A stretch of 64,000 nt of DNA from the IMG/VR virus record IMGVR_UViG_3300049571_000380, positions 1 through 64,000 of that record; one strand, 5' to 3'. Origin of the DNA: a virus. Shown piece after piece: positions 36,765-45,950 of this stretch. The notes beneath the pieces are model-generated. The model made no database searches. It saw nothing but the letters and a program-made list of their open reading frames with translations, and was not told where the DNA came from. The translations under genes and the position numbers were made by a program. Every line of letters starts with the position of its first letter. The stretch's first letter is position 1.

Positions 36765-37388
36765 TCAGACCGTCGGCCGGTTGGCCGTGATCAGGTCGAA
36801 CAGCGGGTGCGGCTCCCACGTGCGGGAACCGTCACGCCCGCGTCCCGGGTACGTCGGCCGCTCACCCTTGCACTCCCGCAGCGTGCGGCGCAGGGTCGCA
36901 ATGCCGACGCCCGTGTACGCCCGGATCAGGGCCAGGTCGATCTCCGTCTCCAGCATGAGGCGGCGCGCGGCCTCCCGGTTCCCGCTCTGCCGGGCCGACT
37001 CGGCGCACTCGTCGTTCGTGACCGTGAACAGGGCCAGGTCGTACTCCCAGTACCGCACGGAGTCGTCCACGAGCATCGCGTCCATGTCGCCCCCGCGCTT
37101 CACTGCGCGCAGGATCCGGGACCGCTCGGTGATCAGGGCCAGGAACTTCTCCCGGTCCATGCCGTCCTCCCACAGGTCCGACCACGTCGGCCGGATCCCG
37201 CGCACGTCGGCCCCGTTCGCGTACGAGTGCGCCATGTGCGCCATGTGACGCCACATGGTCACCGCGTCGGCCGACTCGTCGCTCAGGTAGCCGGGCTGTC
37301 CCGGACCGGGGCGCCCGTCGTGCTTCCGGCGGGTGTTGCTGAGCAGTTGGGCCAGCAACTCGTGGAACTTGGCAACCGTACGACCCAT
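36765..37388 (-). CDS. protein with C-terminal HTH-like motif
   Basis: AARRLMLETEIDLALIRAYTGVGIATLRRTLRE. Confidence 0.5.
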   Translation of the reverse strand: MGRTVAKFHELLAQLLSNTRRKHDGRPGPGQPGYLSDESADAVTMWRHMAHMAHSYANGADVRGIRPTWSDLWEDGMDREKFLALITERSRILRAVKRGGDMDAMLVDDSVRYWEYDLALFTVTNDECAESARQSGNREAARRLMLETEIDLALIRAYTGVGIATLRRTLRECKGERPTYPGRGRDGSRTWEPHPLFDLITANRPTV

Positions 37389-37451
37389 GATGTTCTCCCT
37401 TCCGGCCGGGCCCGCATGGGCCCGGCGTCCGTCCATGACTTCCGTGTGTTG

Positions 37452-37733
37452 CTACGCGGCGAGACCCATCCGGTACGGGTCCGGCGACCACTCCCGCGTC
37501 TGCCCGTCGTGGTGCTCGTACGTCACCGTGACGTCGTGGAACACCAGCTTCCCGTCCTCCGTCGCGTACGTGGTCCGGATCTCCAGTTGGGTACCGGAGT
37601 TCAGGTTGTTGCGCAGCCTCCCCGCGATCAGGTCGGCCACCTGTTCGTCCGTGGCGTACCGCAGGGGCACGTACTCACCCGTGATGCACTCCCTGCACCC
37701 GCAGTCCCACGGGTCAACGGCGATCAACTTCAT
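37452..37733 (-). CDS. hypothetical protein (CxCxxC)
   Basis: PWDCGCRECITGEY. Confidence 0.55.
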   Translation of the reverse strand: MKLIAVDPWDCGCRECITGEYVPLRYATDEQVADLIAGRLRNNLNSGTQLEIRTTYATEDGKLVFHDVTVTYEHHDGQTREWSPDPYRMGLAA

Positions 37734-37735
37734 GA

Positions 37736-38173
37736 TCAGATCCCGTTGCTCTCGCGCTTCGGACCCGTGTTGACCAGCCCGATCATCTTCCGGCACGCCT
37801 GGCACGTCACGCCCGTGAGCGCCGTCCCCGACGACCAGACCGACATGCGGTTCCCGAGGTTCCGGGACGCGGGGCACAGACCCGCCGGAGGCTGGCCGGG
37901 CACCATGTTGAGCAGCGCGTGACCTTGCGTGTCCCTCCCGGGCACCTTGCCGTACTCCTGCGTGCGGAACGTGGCGATCCCGGTGATCAAGATCCCGTCC
38001 GCGTTCGGGAAGTGGCGCCCGCCGTCCGTGTCGTACAGGAACTGTTCCGGCTTAACCCGCCCGTCACGGCTCCCCGGCGTCCAGCCGTCCAGGTCGGCGA
38101 TCACGAACCCGCCCGCCGTCTGGATCAGCGAACCCCGCGCGATGTCGTCGATCTTCTGTCGCGTCGTGTCCAT
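37736..38173 (-). CDS. hypothetical protein
   Basis: ORF from MDTTRQK; VTCQAC motif. Confidence 0.55.
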   Translation of the reverse strand: MDTTRQKIDDIARGSLIQTAGGFVIADLDGWTPGSRDGRVKPEQFLYDTDGGRHFPNADGILITGIATFRTQEYGKVPGRDTQGHALLNMVPGQPPAGLCPASRNLGNRMSVWSSGTALTGVTCQACRKMIGLVNTGPKRESNGI

Positions 38174-38175
38174 GA

Positions 38176-38358
38176 TCAGCCCTCCGTCCCGATCGCCGCC
38201 GCCTTGACCGCGTCGAACCGGTCCGCCGGGATGCTGAGCCACTTGGACTCGCCCCCGTCCGACCGCACCTTGATCCGGAACGTGTCGCCGTACTCACCCG
38301 TCCCGGTCGGCCGCGCGCTCTCGAACTCCGCCGCGTGATACCGCTGCGTGTCGTCCAT
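38176..38358 (-). CDS. hypothetical protein (60 aa)
   Basis: GACGGAAGGGAG RBS. Confidence 0.55.
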   Translation of the reverse strand: MDDTQRYHAAEFESARPTGTGEYGDTFRIKVRSDGGESKWLSIPADRFDAVKAAAIGTEG

Positions 38359-38372
38359 GCCGTTCTCCCTTC

Positions 38373-38424
38373 CGTCCGGTCGTGCACTGGAATGCCGGGC
38401 CCCCTCCCGGCACTCCCGAACGCG
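38373..38424. repeat. 52-bp exact direct repeat, copy 1 (intergenic stem-loop element)
   Basis: identical to 38785-38836: CGTCCGGTCGTGCACTGGAATGCCGGGCCCCCTCCCGGCACTCCCGAACGCG. Confidence 0.9.
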
Positions 38425-38430
38425 ACCGCG

Positions 38431-38766
38431 TCAGACGGGACGCTCGACACAGAGCAGATCGAACCTGTGCAGGTACGTCGACTCCTCCGTGCCGTCGTCG
38501 TTCTTGAACGTGACCGTGATCGTCCCCGGGTCCGCGTCGCCGCCGGTCCTCTCGACCTTGACGATCTCCCGCATCTGGTCACGGCTCCCGTACGCGCGCC
38601 ACGTGTCCGTGGGCGGGTGCATGTACCCGGCCCGCGTCCGCTCGATCCGGGGCCGGATGTTGTCCGCGTCCATCCCGCGCAGCCCGATGATCTTCTCGAA
38701 CTCCCGCGCGTGCTCACCCGCCCGTGCGAGCGCTTCCCCGGGCTTCAGGTAGTCGTACGTCGCCAT
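38431..38766 (-). CDS. hypothetical protein flanked by the 52-bp direct repeats
   Basis: ORF from MATYDY, AAGAGGGAAG RBS. Confidence 0.6.
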   Translation of the reverse strand: MATYDYLKPGEALARAGEHAREFEKIIGLRGMDADNIRPRIERTRAGYMHPPTDTWRAYGSRDQMREIVKVERTGGDADPGTITVTFKNDDGTEESTYLHRFDLLCVERPV

Positions 38767-38784
38767 GCTCTTCCCTCTTTCCGT

Positions 38785-38836
38785 CGTCCGGTCGTGCACT
38801 GGAATGCCGGGCCCCCTCCCGGCACTCCCGAACGCG
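38785..38836. repeat. 52-bp exact direct repeat, copy 2
   Basis: identical to 38373-38424. Confidence 0.9.
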
Positions 38837-38852
38837 GCCGTGCGCCCGTGTG

Positions 38853-39251
38853 TCAGTCCTGCGGCGTCTCGCGGTACGTGCTGAACGACGCGACCGCCGT
38901 GCGGATCTTGTTCATTCCGGTCACGGTCGTCTGCGACTCGGCGTCGAAACCGAGCGTCCCGCGCGCCGGGATCGTCCACGTGTCGTCAGCGTTGCGCCAG
39001 GCGATCGGCGTCTCGTAGCTGAACACCACGTAGGTGGATCGGGCCGCTTCCGCGTGCCACTCCCGCGCGAGTCGGCCGACCTCCGACGGACGGGATCCCG
39101 CCGACCCCGGGCGCCCGCTCAGGTGGCCGGACGTCTCGAACGGCTTGCCCTCCTTCAGGACCGCCGCGTACGCCTCCCACCGCGCGTCACGGAGCACCTT
39201 GCCGTCGCGCCACGTCGTGACCTTCGCGTTCAGCTTGACCGTCTCACCCAT
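38853..39251 (-). CDS. conserved phage hypothetical protein
   Basis: YVVFSYETPIAW motif; GGAGAGGGAG RBS. Confidence 0.6.
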   Translation of the reverse strand: MGETVKLNAKVTTWRDGKVLRDARWEAYAAVLKEGKPFETSGHLSGRPGSAGSRPSEVGRLAREWHAEAARSTYVVFSYETPIAWRNADDTWTIPARGTLGFDAESQTTVTGMNKIRTAVASFSTYRETPQD

Positions 39252-39364
39252 GATCTTCTCCCTCTCCGTATTCCCGTTCGGCCTAGGCCGCTGCCCGATC
39301 ATAGACCGGCTGGAGCGCCCGGAGGACCCGGGCGCTCCCGTCCGCCTACATCGTGACCCGTTCG

Positions 39365-39898
39365 TTACTTCCGGGGCAGCTTGCTGATCTTCTCCAGCAT
39401 CTCCGACACGTCCCCGTCGGCGCCCTCCGCCACCGTCGTGCGCTCCGGGTACGACTGAGCCTCCGTGTCGAACGTCCAGCCGTACGGGTCCGTCTCGTCC
39501 TCCCGGATCGCGCCGAACTCCGAGGTGACCGGGCTCCCGTCCTCCATCTTCGACGACACCGACACCCCGCGCCCGTTCGGCATCCACAGCCGGACCACGG
39601 CGCACGGCTCCGCGTTCCCGTTCACCCACGACAGCGGGCCCTCGACCGTGGCGCCGTAGCGCAGGGACATGCGGGCCGCGAGGTTCGTCAGCTCCCGCCG
39701 CATGTGGTCCTTGAACGTCGTCCCGTCCGCCACGACGTCCACCGTCGAGTGAACCGCGTCGTACCCCTCGAACACCAGCCACGCCCGCGCGACCGCCACG
39801 GCCGCCGCCCTGTCCGCCGCCTCGAACTCCCGCAGCACGTAGCGCCCGGCGTCCGAACCGCTCCGGCACGCCGTGACCTTGATTCCGAACGTTGCCAT
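39365..39898 (-). CDS. hypothetical protein
   Basis: ORF from MATFGIK, GACGGAAGGGAG RBS. Confidence 0.6.
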   Translation of the reverse strand: MATFGIKVTACRSGSDAGRYVLREFEAADRAAAVAVARAWLVFEGYDAVHSTVDVVADGTTFKDHMRRELTNLAARMSLRYGATVEGPLSWVNGNAEPCAVVRLWMPNGRGVSVSSKMEDGSPVTSEFGAIREDETDPYGWTFDTEAQSYPERTTVAEGADGDVSEMLEKISKLPRK

Positions 39899-39989
39899 CG
39901 TGCAACTCCCTTCCGTCGTCTCATCCCGGATAAGCGGGCCGGAACGCACGGGGATCCCGTGCGCTCCCGTCCACCGGTCCCGGACCGTG

Positions 39990-40454
39990 TCAGAAACAGG
40001 CGTCCCCGCTCGGCGCCACCAGCGTGCGGAACCGCTTGTGCCCGTACTTGCTCACCTCGTACAGGACCGTCGAGTTGTCCGCGTAGCGGATCTCTCCCGT
40101 CGGGCTGACGTCCGTGTCCGGGCGCCACTCCGGCTCGACCTCCCGCAGGTACGTGAAGATCTCCCGGTACCGCTTCGCAGCGCGCTGCATGGCGGTCAGA
40201 TGCTCCGGGGTGAACCGCCACCGGCAGAACGTGTCGATCATGCCGTACGTGCTCCGTCCCGGTTCGCCCAGCCACTTGTCATCGAACCGGGTCGGGTACG
40301 GAACCCCTCCCGTGTGGTGTGCCAGCATCCGGGCGTCCAGCGCCCAGCGCAGCATCCCGGCGCCCGTGAGGAACGTCCGCCGCTCCTCCGGCACGTGGCG
40401 CATCGTCCCGTCCGCCTGCCTCACGTCGTATCCGGGCCTGATGATCTCGTACAC
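39990..40454 (-). CDS. hypothetical protein
   Basis: GTG start after GACGGAAGGGAG RBS (ATG at 40481 also possible). Confidence 0.6.
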   Translation of the reverse strand: MYEIIRPGYDVRQADGTMRHVPEERRTFLTGAGMLRWALDARMLAHHTGGVPYPTRFDDKWLGEPGRSTYGMIDTFCRWRFTPEHLTAMQRAAKRYREIFTYLREVEPEWRPDTDVSPTGEIRYADNSTVLYEVSKYGHKRFRTLVAPSGDACF

Positions 40455-40579
40455 GTCCCGTCTCCCTTCCGTCGTGTCCATCCCCGACAGGGTGGCGTCA
40501 GCGCCCGGGATCTCTCCCGGGCGCTCCCGTCATCCGGCCGGAATCCGTCCTTAGCTTCCGGACGTTCCCGCCGTTCCGG

Positions 40580-41005
40580 CTACTTCTTGATCTTGACCCC
40601 GAGCTGCTGGCAGTCCAGCACGCCGACCGTCCCGGCGACCGACAGCACGAACCGGTAGTTCGTGTACCGGTCGTACGCGATGTCGTTCAGGCCGTCGATG
40701 ATGCCCGCGCGGGTGTGGCCGGTCGCGGTCGCGTCCTTGCAGAACGCGCGGCGCTGCGACGCGGGGATCACCTTGTGCGTGTCGACGTCCCGGAACCACA
40801 GGTTCACGCCGTCGAGGACCGTCCCGCGCTTCAGGCACAGCCGGTTGTACGCGGGCATGCCCCGGTAGCCGGTCTCGCAGATGGACCGGACCGCCGCCGC
40901 CCGCGTCCCGTGCTGCGGGGCCGCGTCGGCAACGCCACTCGGCGCCATCAGCAGCGCGACGATCGCGGCGAGGAGAACGGCGACGCGGTTCGTGTTCTGA
41001 CCCAT
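40580..41005 (-). CDS. secreted protein with Sec signal peptide
   Basis: MGQNTNRVAVLLAAIVALLMAPSGVADAA; four Cys in mature part. Confidence 0.65.
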   Translation of the reverse strand: MGQNTNRVAVLLAAIVALLMAPSGVADAAPQHGTRAAAVRSICETGYRGMPAYNRLCLKRGTVLDGVNLWFRDVDTHKVIPASQRRAFCKDATATGHTRAGIIDGLNDIAYDRYTNYRFVLSVAGTVGVLDCQQLGVKIKK

Positions 41006-41122
41006 GATGATCTTCTCTCTTCCCGAAGCAATGGGCCCGGCGTTCCGGGCCCGCAGTGCCGGGCGGCACTCCCGGCGGACCGGATCCCGTGGACCCGGTC
41101 CGCCTAGGGCGTCTCCCCGACG

Positions 41123-41506
41123 TCACAGCTTGTCGATCATGTCCCGGTACTCCGCCGCACGCTCCGGCGGCACCCGCTTGCCGAGTACTTCCGACTCCAG
41201 CAGGCCGCGCGCCGTCTCGTGGAACGTCTGGCGGGACAGGGAGGCCAGGCGCGGGCGCGGGCGTCCGTCGTGGTCGCGCGTGGTCACGTGGTCGGGCTTG
41301 AGGACCGTGAAGGTGTAGACCCTCCCGTCGGTCATCTCCGCCACGCCCCGCGCGATGCAGTTCGGATCGCCCGGCATCATGTCGAACGTGATCTCCCGCG
41401 CCACCGTGTGGCCGCTCACGTCCTCCCCGCGCCCGTACTGGTAACCGTTCGGCCCGTACGGCGCAGAACCGTCCCACCACACCCCGCGCGTCATGGATTC
41501 CTGCAT
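41123..41506 (-). CDS. hypothetical protein
   Basis: 127-aa ORF downstream of operator copy. Confidence 0.6.
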   Translation of the reverse strand: MQESMTRGVWWDGSAPYGPNGYQYGRGEDVSGHTVAREITFDMMPGDPNCIARGVAEMTDGRVYTFTVLKPDHVTTRDHDGRPRPRLASLSRQTFHETARGLLESEVLGKRVPPERAAEYRDMIDKL

Positions 41507-41539
41507 GATCCCGTTTCTCCCTTCCCGTTCTTCCTGTCT

Positions 41540-41550
41540 GGCCTAGGTCA
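41540..41550 (+). promoter_or_regulatory. TGACCTAGGCC operator-like site (copy 6)
   Basis: exact 11-mer, 4 nt downstream of minus-strand TAACAT -10 candidate. Confidence 0.65.
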
Positions 41551-41557
41551 CCGGATG

Positions 41558-41956
41558 TTAGCGCATCCGGGCAACGCGCTGGAACGTCCCCGACTCCACG
41601 GCCAGACGCAGCCACGCCAGACGGACCGATTCCATGTCACCGCGCGGGCCGGTCGCGTACTCGTCGCCGTCCGCCGTGATCACCACGCCCCGGTAGCTGG
41701 GCACGGCCCCGGCCGCGTCCCGGAACCCGTCGCGCTCCACGGCCACGGCCACGGCGCGCACCCGACGCGGCCCCGGGACCTTGACCGACTCCGGCAGGTT
41801 GACGCGCATCCCGGCCACCAGGATCAGCGGGCCGTCAACCTTGCGCGTCGGGGTCCCGCCGATGAACTGGACCGCTCCCGCACCCGCGTTCATCCCGACC
41901 CCGGGGAAGTCCTCCCGGACGTCGTCCCCCAGCTTTTCCAGCGTGACAGCACCCAT
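41558..41956 (-). CDS. hypothetical protein
   Basis: 132-aa ORF with RBS. Confidence 0.55.
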   Translation of the reverse strand: MGAVTLEKLGDDVREDFPGVGMNAGAGAVQFIGGTPTRKVDGPLILVAGMRVNLPESVKVPGPRRVRAVAVAVERDGFRDAAGAVPSYRGVVITADGDEYATGPRGDMESVRLAWLRLAVESGTFQRVARMR

Positions 41957-42054
41957 GATCGTTTCCTCTCTCTTCCCGTGTCTCGTCCCTCACTCCCGGA
42001 CGATTCGGCCGGAACCCCGCCGGGGCGGAGTCCGACCGGACCGCACGGCCGTGA

Positions 42055-42816
42055 TCAGCGGCAGAGCGCTTCCGTCGTGCCGTCGTTCTTGACCTCCCAC
42101 CAGCAGTCACCGGAGGGGAGTTCCGACAGGCTCACGGTCACACGGTTCGGGTCATCCTCCCGCTTGATCAGCGACCCGTCTTCCATGACCGTGATCCCGT
42201 ACGGGTTGGCGTTCAGCTCCCGCAGCGCCGTGTCACACGCGGCCGGACCGTTCCCGCATTCCGTCCACGCCTGCCACGCCAGGTAGCCACCCTCGATGAT
42301 CAGGTCACGCTCCCGGTTGTCCGTGTCCGAGACTCCGGCCGGGGGTGCGGGGGACTCCGCCGCGTCCGCGTCGCTCCCGCCGAACAGTCCCAGGGTCCAC
42401 CCCATGATCAGCAGGACGATCACGCACGCCGCGCCCACGAGCCCGTACACGATGCGCTCCGGCAGGGTGAGCGTCCCGCTCCCGTCGGTCGGCATGGCCG
42501 CCCACGGCTCACGTGAGGGCATGGGAGGGACCTCCCGGGACTTCCGCGCGGGGGCGCCGTACTCGGCCGGGAGCGGGGCGCCCCGCCGGTACTGCGGGTC
42601 ACTCGCGGTCCCCTTCGCGTCCCGGATCAGTTCGCCGACCACTCCCGCGAACCGGTCCGCCGCCGGACCCTCCGACCGCGCGCCCCGGTAGGCCGCCGCC
42701 GCCGCGCCGAACGCCTCCCAGAACATCGCGGTCTGGTCCTCCCGCAGTCCCTCGAACTCCGGGGTCACGCGCTCCCGCGCTCCCTCGATTTCCTGCGCAA
42801 CCGTGATCGTGCTCAT
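42055..42816 (-). CDS. membrane-anchored protein
   Basis: central TM helix IVYGLVGAACVIVLLIMGWTLGLF; C-terminal Cys pairs. Confidence 0.6.
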   Translation of the reverse strand: MSTITVAQEIEGARERVTPEFEGLREDQTAMFWEAFGAAAAAYRGARSEGPAADRFAGVVGELIRDAKGTASDPQYRRGAPLPAEYGAPARKSREVPPMPSREPWAAMPTDGSGTLTLPERIVYGLVGAACVIVLLIMGWTLGLFGGSDADAAESPAPPAGVSDTDNRERDLIIEGGYLAWQAWTECGNGPAACDTALRELNANPYGITVMEDGSLIKREDDPNRVTVSLSELPSGDCWWEVKNDGTTEALCR

Positions 42817-42882
42817 GTCCCGTGTTCCCCTTCCCGACGGGCCCCGGGGATCTCCCGGGGCCCGTGATCCTGCCGAGTGTGG

Positions 42883-44670
42883 TTACTTGCCAGCCTTGCG
42901 CGCGACCCCGTCCAGAGCCTTGCGCGCGGTCGCGCGGGTGATCTCCCCCGCCTTCCACCCCGCCGGGCGCCGCTCACCCTTCGGGGCGAACTCCGGGCGC
43001 GGCTCGTGCGAGACGACACCCGCGCACGTCCCCTCAGCGAACGATCCGACCGAAGCGGCCTTACGTCCCGCCTTGCGCTCCGCCGTGGACGCGATCTCGC
43101 CCCGCGCGATGGCAGCCGCGCGCTCCGCCTCCCGCTTCGCCTTGCGCTCCCGCAGGATGGTTCCGACGATCGTCGAGTGACGACGACGCCATCCGCGCGA
43201 CTTGCCCTTGTGCGCGATCTCCGGGAGTTCCCCGCACGCCACGCACTCACGGCCGGTCACTTCCGGGTCAATCCCGGGCCGCACGGTCGCGGGAAGCTGT
43301 CCCGTTCCCGCCTTGCCGATCCATCCGCCGGGCTGCACGGGCGCCATGTTCTGTGAACCGGTGTTCGCCGCGCCGTCCACCGAACCGTGCCCCCGGGACA
43401 GTGCCAGCCGCGCACCCTTGCGCACCGTGGCGCCCGTGTCCGCCCCGCCCTTGAACTCCCGCGCGTCCGCGCCCCGCTCTTCGATCTCCGCCGCGCGCCG
43501 CTTGTCAGCGGAGGCAGGGTCACCGGGCACGCTCCCGTGTTCCACGATCTCAATCGACTTGGACGACAGGCCCTTACCGGCCGGAGTGGCGACGCCGCCC
43601 ACGTTGTGCTTGCCGATCTTGTCGACGTCCGCGCCCGCGCCCGTGGCCTCCCGCACTTCCACGCCGTTGTGCTTGCGCATGCCGCCCTCACGGCTCACCG
43701 CGATCACCCGGGCGCACTCCGGGCACTTGCCGGAGTGCTTGCCGTTGTAGTCGTCGGGGACGCTCACCGTGTGGTCATCCCGCATGACGCGCGTCCCGGG
43801 TGCCGGAGCCGAACCGGTCCCCTCGCACTTGATCTTGGAAACCTTCGGGCCGGATTCCTTGCCTCCCGCACCCCCGGGCAGGAGCGGAATGTACGTCGTG
43901 CACTCCGGGCACTTCCCGTGCGTCCGCTCCGGGTTGACCGTGGAAACCTCACCCTTGAACGTGCAGACCAGAATTTCGGCCGCACTCCCGGAAACCGTCC
44001 CGCTTGCCAGGCTCACCGTTCCGGGCGCGGGCAGTGCCGCAATCTCCGCCGGAACCGCGCCGCCGTTCGCGTAGTAGCGTTCTACGGCCTCCCGCATCTC
44101 AGCGTGCGTCAGACCGGTCACGCCGACCGTTTCGCCGTCCGCCGCCGCCGGGGCAACCGTGGCGGAGTCCTCCCGCTTAGCGGCCTCCCGCGCCTCCCGC
44201 TGGTCTGCGAGCCGCTTACGCTCCCGCGCCACGGCCGCGCCCCGCTTGCTCTGGACAATCGCGCCCTTGACGTCCGCCGGAGTGAGTTCCCGCACGGCCG
44301 GAGCGGAGTCCTCCCGCGTGTCCGTCCCGTTCACCTCCGCCGCGCTGAACAGTTCCGCCATGTCGTCCGCGCCGAACTCCCACGCGTGACGCTCACCGCG
44401 CGCCGATTCGAGCGCAGCGCTCCCGTCCGCCGTGGCCAGCCACTCGACACACTTCGGGCACCGCTTGTCACCCTGGAATTTCTCGGAAGCCTTTTCCGCC
44501 GGGATGCTCCCGCCGCATGCCCGGATCACCCGGGCGCCGCTCCCGCCTACCGGGTCACCCTGGCAACCGGCCGGAATGAACACCGCGTGTCCCGCGCCCC
44601 GCTCACCCTGCCCGTACATCCGGGCGAAACCGTCGCACGAAACCGCCAGAACCTTGCCCGTAACGTTCAT
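42883..44670 (-). CDS. 595-aa multi-zinc-ribbon protein, probable first early gene
   Basis: CPKC, HGKCPEC, HSGKCPEC, CVACG motifs; GGGAAG RBS before MNVTGK. Confidence 0.65.
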   Translation of the reverse strand: MNVTGKVLAVSCDGFARMYGQGERGAGHAVFIPAGCQGDPVGGSGARVIRACGGSIPAEKASEKFQGDKRCPKCVEWLATADGSAALESARGERHAWEFGADDMAELFSAAEVNGTDTREDSAPAVRELTPADVKGAIVQSKRGAAVARERKRLADQREAREAAKREDSATVAPAAADGETVGVTGLTHAEMREAVERYYANGGAVPAEIAALPAPGTVSLASGTVSGSAAEILVCTFKGEVSTVNPERTHGKCPECTTYIPLLPGGAGGKESGPKVSKIKCEGTGSAPAPGTRVMRDDHTVSVPDDYNGKHSGKCPECARVIAVSREGGMRKHNGVEVREATGAGADVDKIGKHNVGGVATPAGKGLSSKSIEIVEHGSVPGDPASADKRRAAEIEERGADAREFKGGADTGATVRKGARLALSRGHGSVDGAANTGSQNMAPVQPGGWIGKAGTGQLPATVRPGIDPEVTGRECVACGELPEIAHKGKSRGWRRRHSTIVGTILRERKAKREAERAAAIARGEIASTAERKAGRKAASVGSFAEGTCAGVVSHEPRPEFAPKGERRPAGWKAGEITRATARKALDGVARKAGK

Positions 44671-44728
44671 GATCTTCCCGCTTTCCGTTGTCCGTGCGCC
44701 CGCTTTCCGGGGCGCATCTGCCGACAGT

Positions 44729-44908
44729 TCACGCCTTACGCGACGTGAACAGAACTCCCGCATTCCCGTTTGCCAGGGCCCCGACCCAATCGGCCGTTTC
44801 GCTGTAACCCCCGGGGAGGGGGCGCCACTGAATCTCGCGCCCCCGGCGGTACGTGATCCCGCTTTCCGAGATCGTCACCGTTCCGCCATTGTCAAGCCTG
44901 ATCACCAT
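44729..44908 (-). CDS. hypothetical protein (59 aa)
   Basis: ORF from MVIRLDN, GGAAGG RBS. Confidence 0.4.
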   Translation of the reverse strand: MVIRLDNGGTVTISESGITYRRGREIQWRPLPGGYSETADWVGALANGNAGVLFTSRKA

Positions 44909-44959
44909 TGCCGGAATCCTTCCCGAACCTCCATGCGGAGGGAAGAACAGACAGGGTTC

Positions 44960-45950
44960 ACCCGTACTGAGTTGCCCGGTTCTAGACCGTTGCCCAATCG
45001 GACGTGAGTTGTGTTGTCTGTTCGTGCTCACCGCACGGTGAGTGTGGAACATCCCGGGGGAAACGGCGCCGCATCGGAGCGCGTCCCGTAATCCGTGGCG
45101 GATTCGGCGCGTCGCAACGTGTCGCGTCCGAATCCCCCGGGGGACGGGAGCGCTAAGCGTCTCCCGTCCGTCGCGGGCAGGGGTTCCGACACCCCTGGTA
45201 TCCCGCCGTACCGTGCAACGTCACCCGACGGTTTCCCGTCCGTCGAGAGTTGCTGATCATCCATGCCGTACCCGCATGGTGCGTTTGACTGATAGGCCGA
45301 CTCCCGCAAACCGGTCACCCGGGGAGTGTCCCGGGGCGATTCTGGCACTCCGCACGGGCATTGATCCCGCACCACACGTGCCTTACGTGATTGGGCCGGG
45401 GGTTATCGCGCTTGCGTTGTCCGGACCGGCTAACTTCCGCCTCCCGGCGGTAGTGCTTCGCTGCCTACGCTTTCCACGGTATTCCCGTTCCCCCGTGCGC
45501 TCAGGTTGCGCCTGTAAGGGGACCGACTAGGGACCGGTATTCACGTGCGGGTCCAGACAGACAACGCAAGGGTTTGGGTCGCTCGCCCCGTTGTGGCCTA
45601 TCAGGGGGCCCCTTTTCCGGCTAGGGGGCCCGTACCGTTTGCGCCGCTCCCACACTCCCGGGTGCGCCCGGGGATCGTGTGCGGGAGGGCTCCGAAAATC
45701 ACAAGGAACCGCATTCGAGTGCATCCCGCGCCATTACGGCTAGCGCGCTCCGCTCCCGTCCGCCGCATCGCGGGGAATCGTGCCTCCCGCTTTCCCGCCC
45801 GACGGCACCCGGTTGCCCGGCGCGTCAGTGCTTCGGATGCGCGCTCCCCGGTCACCCCCCGCGCTAAGCGGAGGAACACCCGGGGGCGTGTTGCCCGGGG
45901 ATGGGACCCGGGCGGTCGTGCTGTGCGCCCCGCGCCGCGTCCCGCCGGAG
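44960..45950 (-). ncRNA. putative large structured non-coding RNA or long structured leader
   Basis: no credible CDS; near-continuous hairpins including minus-strand GNRA-capped stems (45227-45240, 45437-45450). Confidence 0.4.

Noticed and set aside
23660-42880. Intergenic repeats as a CRISPR array or integron attC cassettes
   Set aside because: Spacers between repeats are whole genes of variable length; no cas genes or integrase; no GTTRRRY/RYYYAAC attC core sites recognised
64-44760. Many long plus-strand ORFs in the early region (e.g. 64-1098, 2425-3546, 25329-26672, 32157-33560, 43387-44748)
   Set aside because: Antisense shadows of minus-strand genes caused by high-GC codon bias; no RBS and no recognisable motifs
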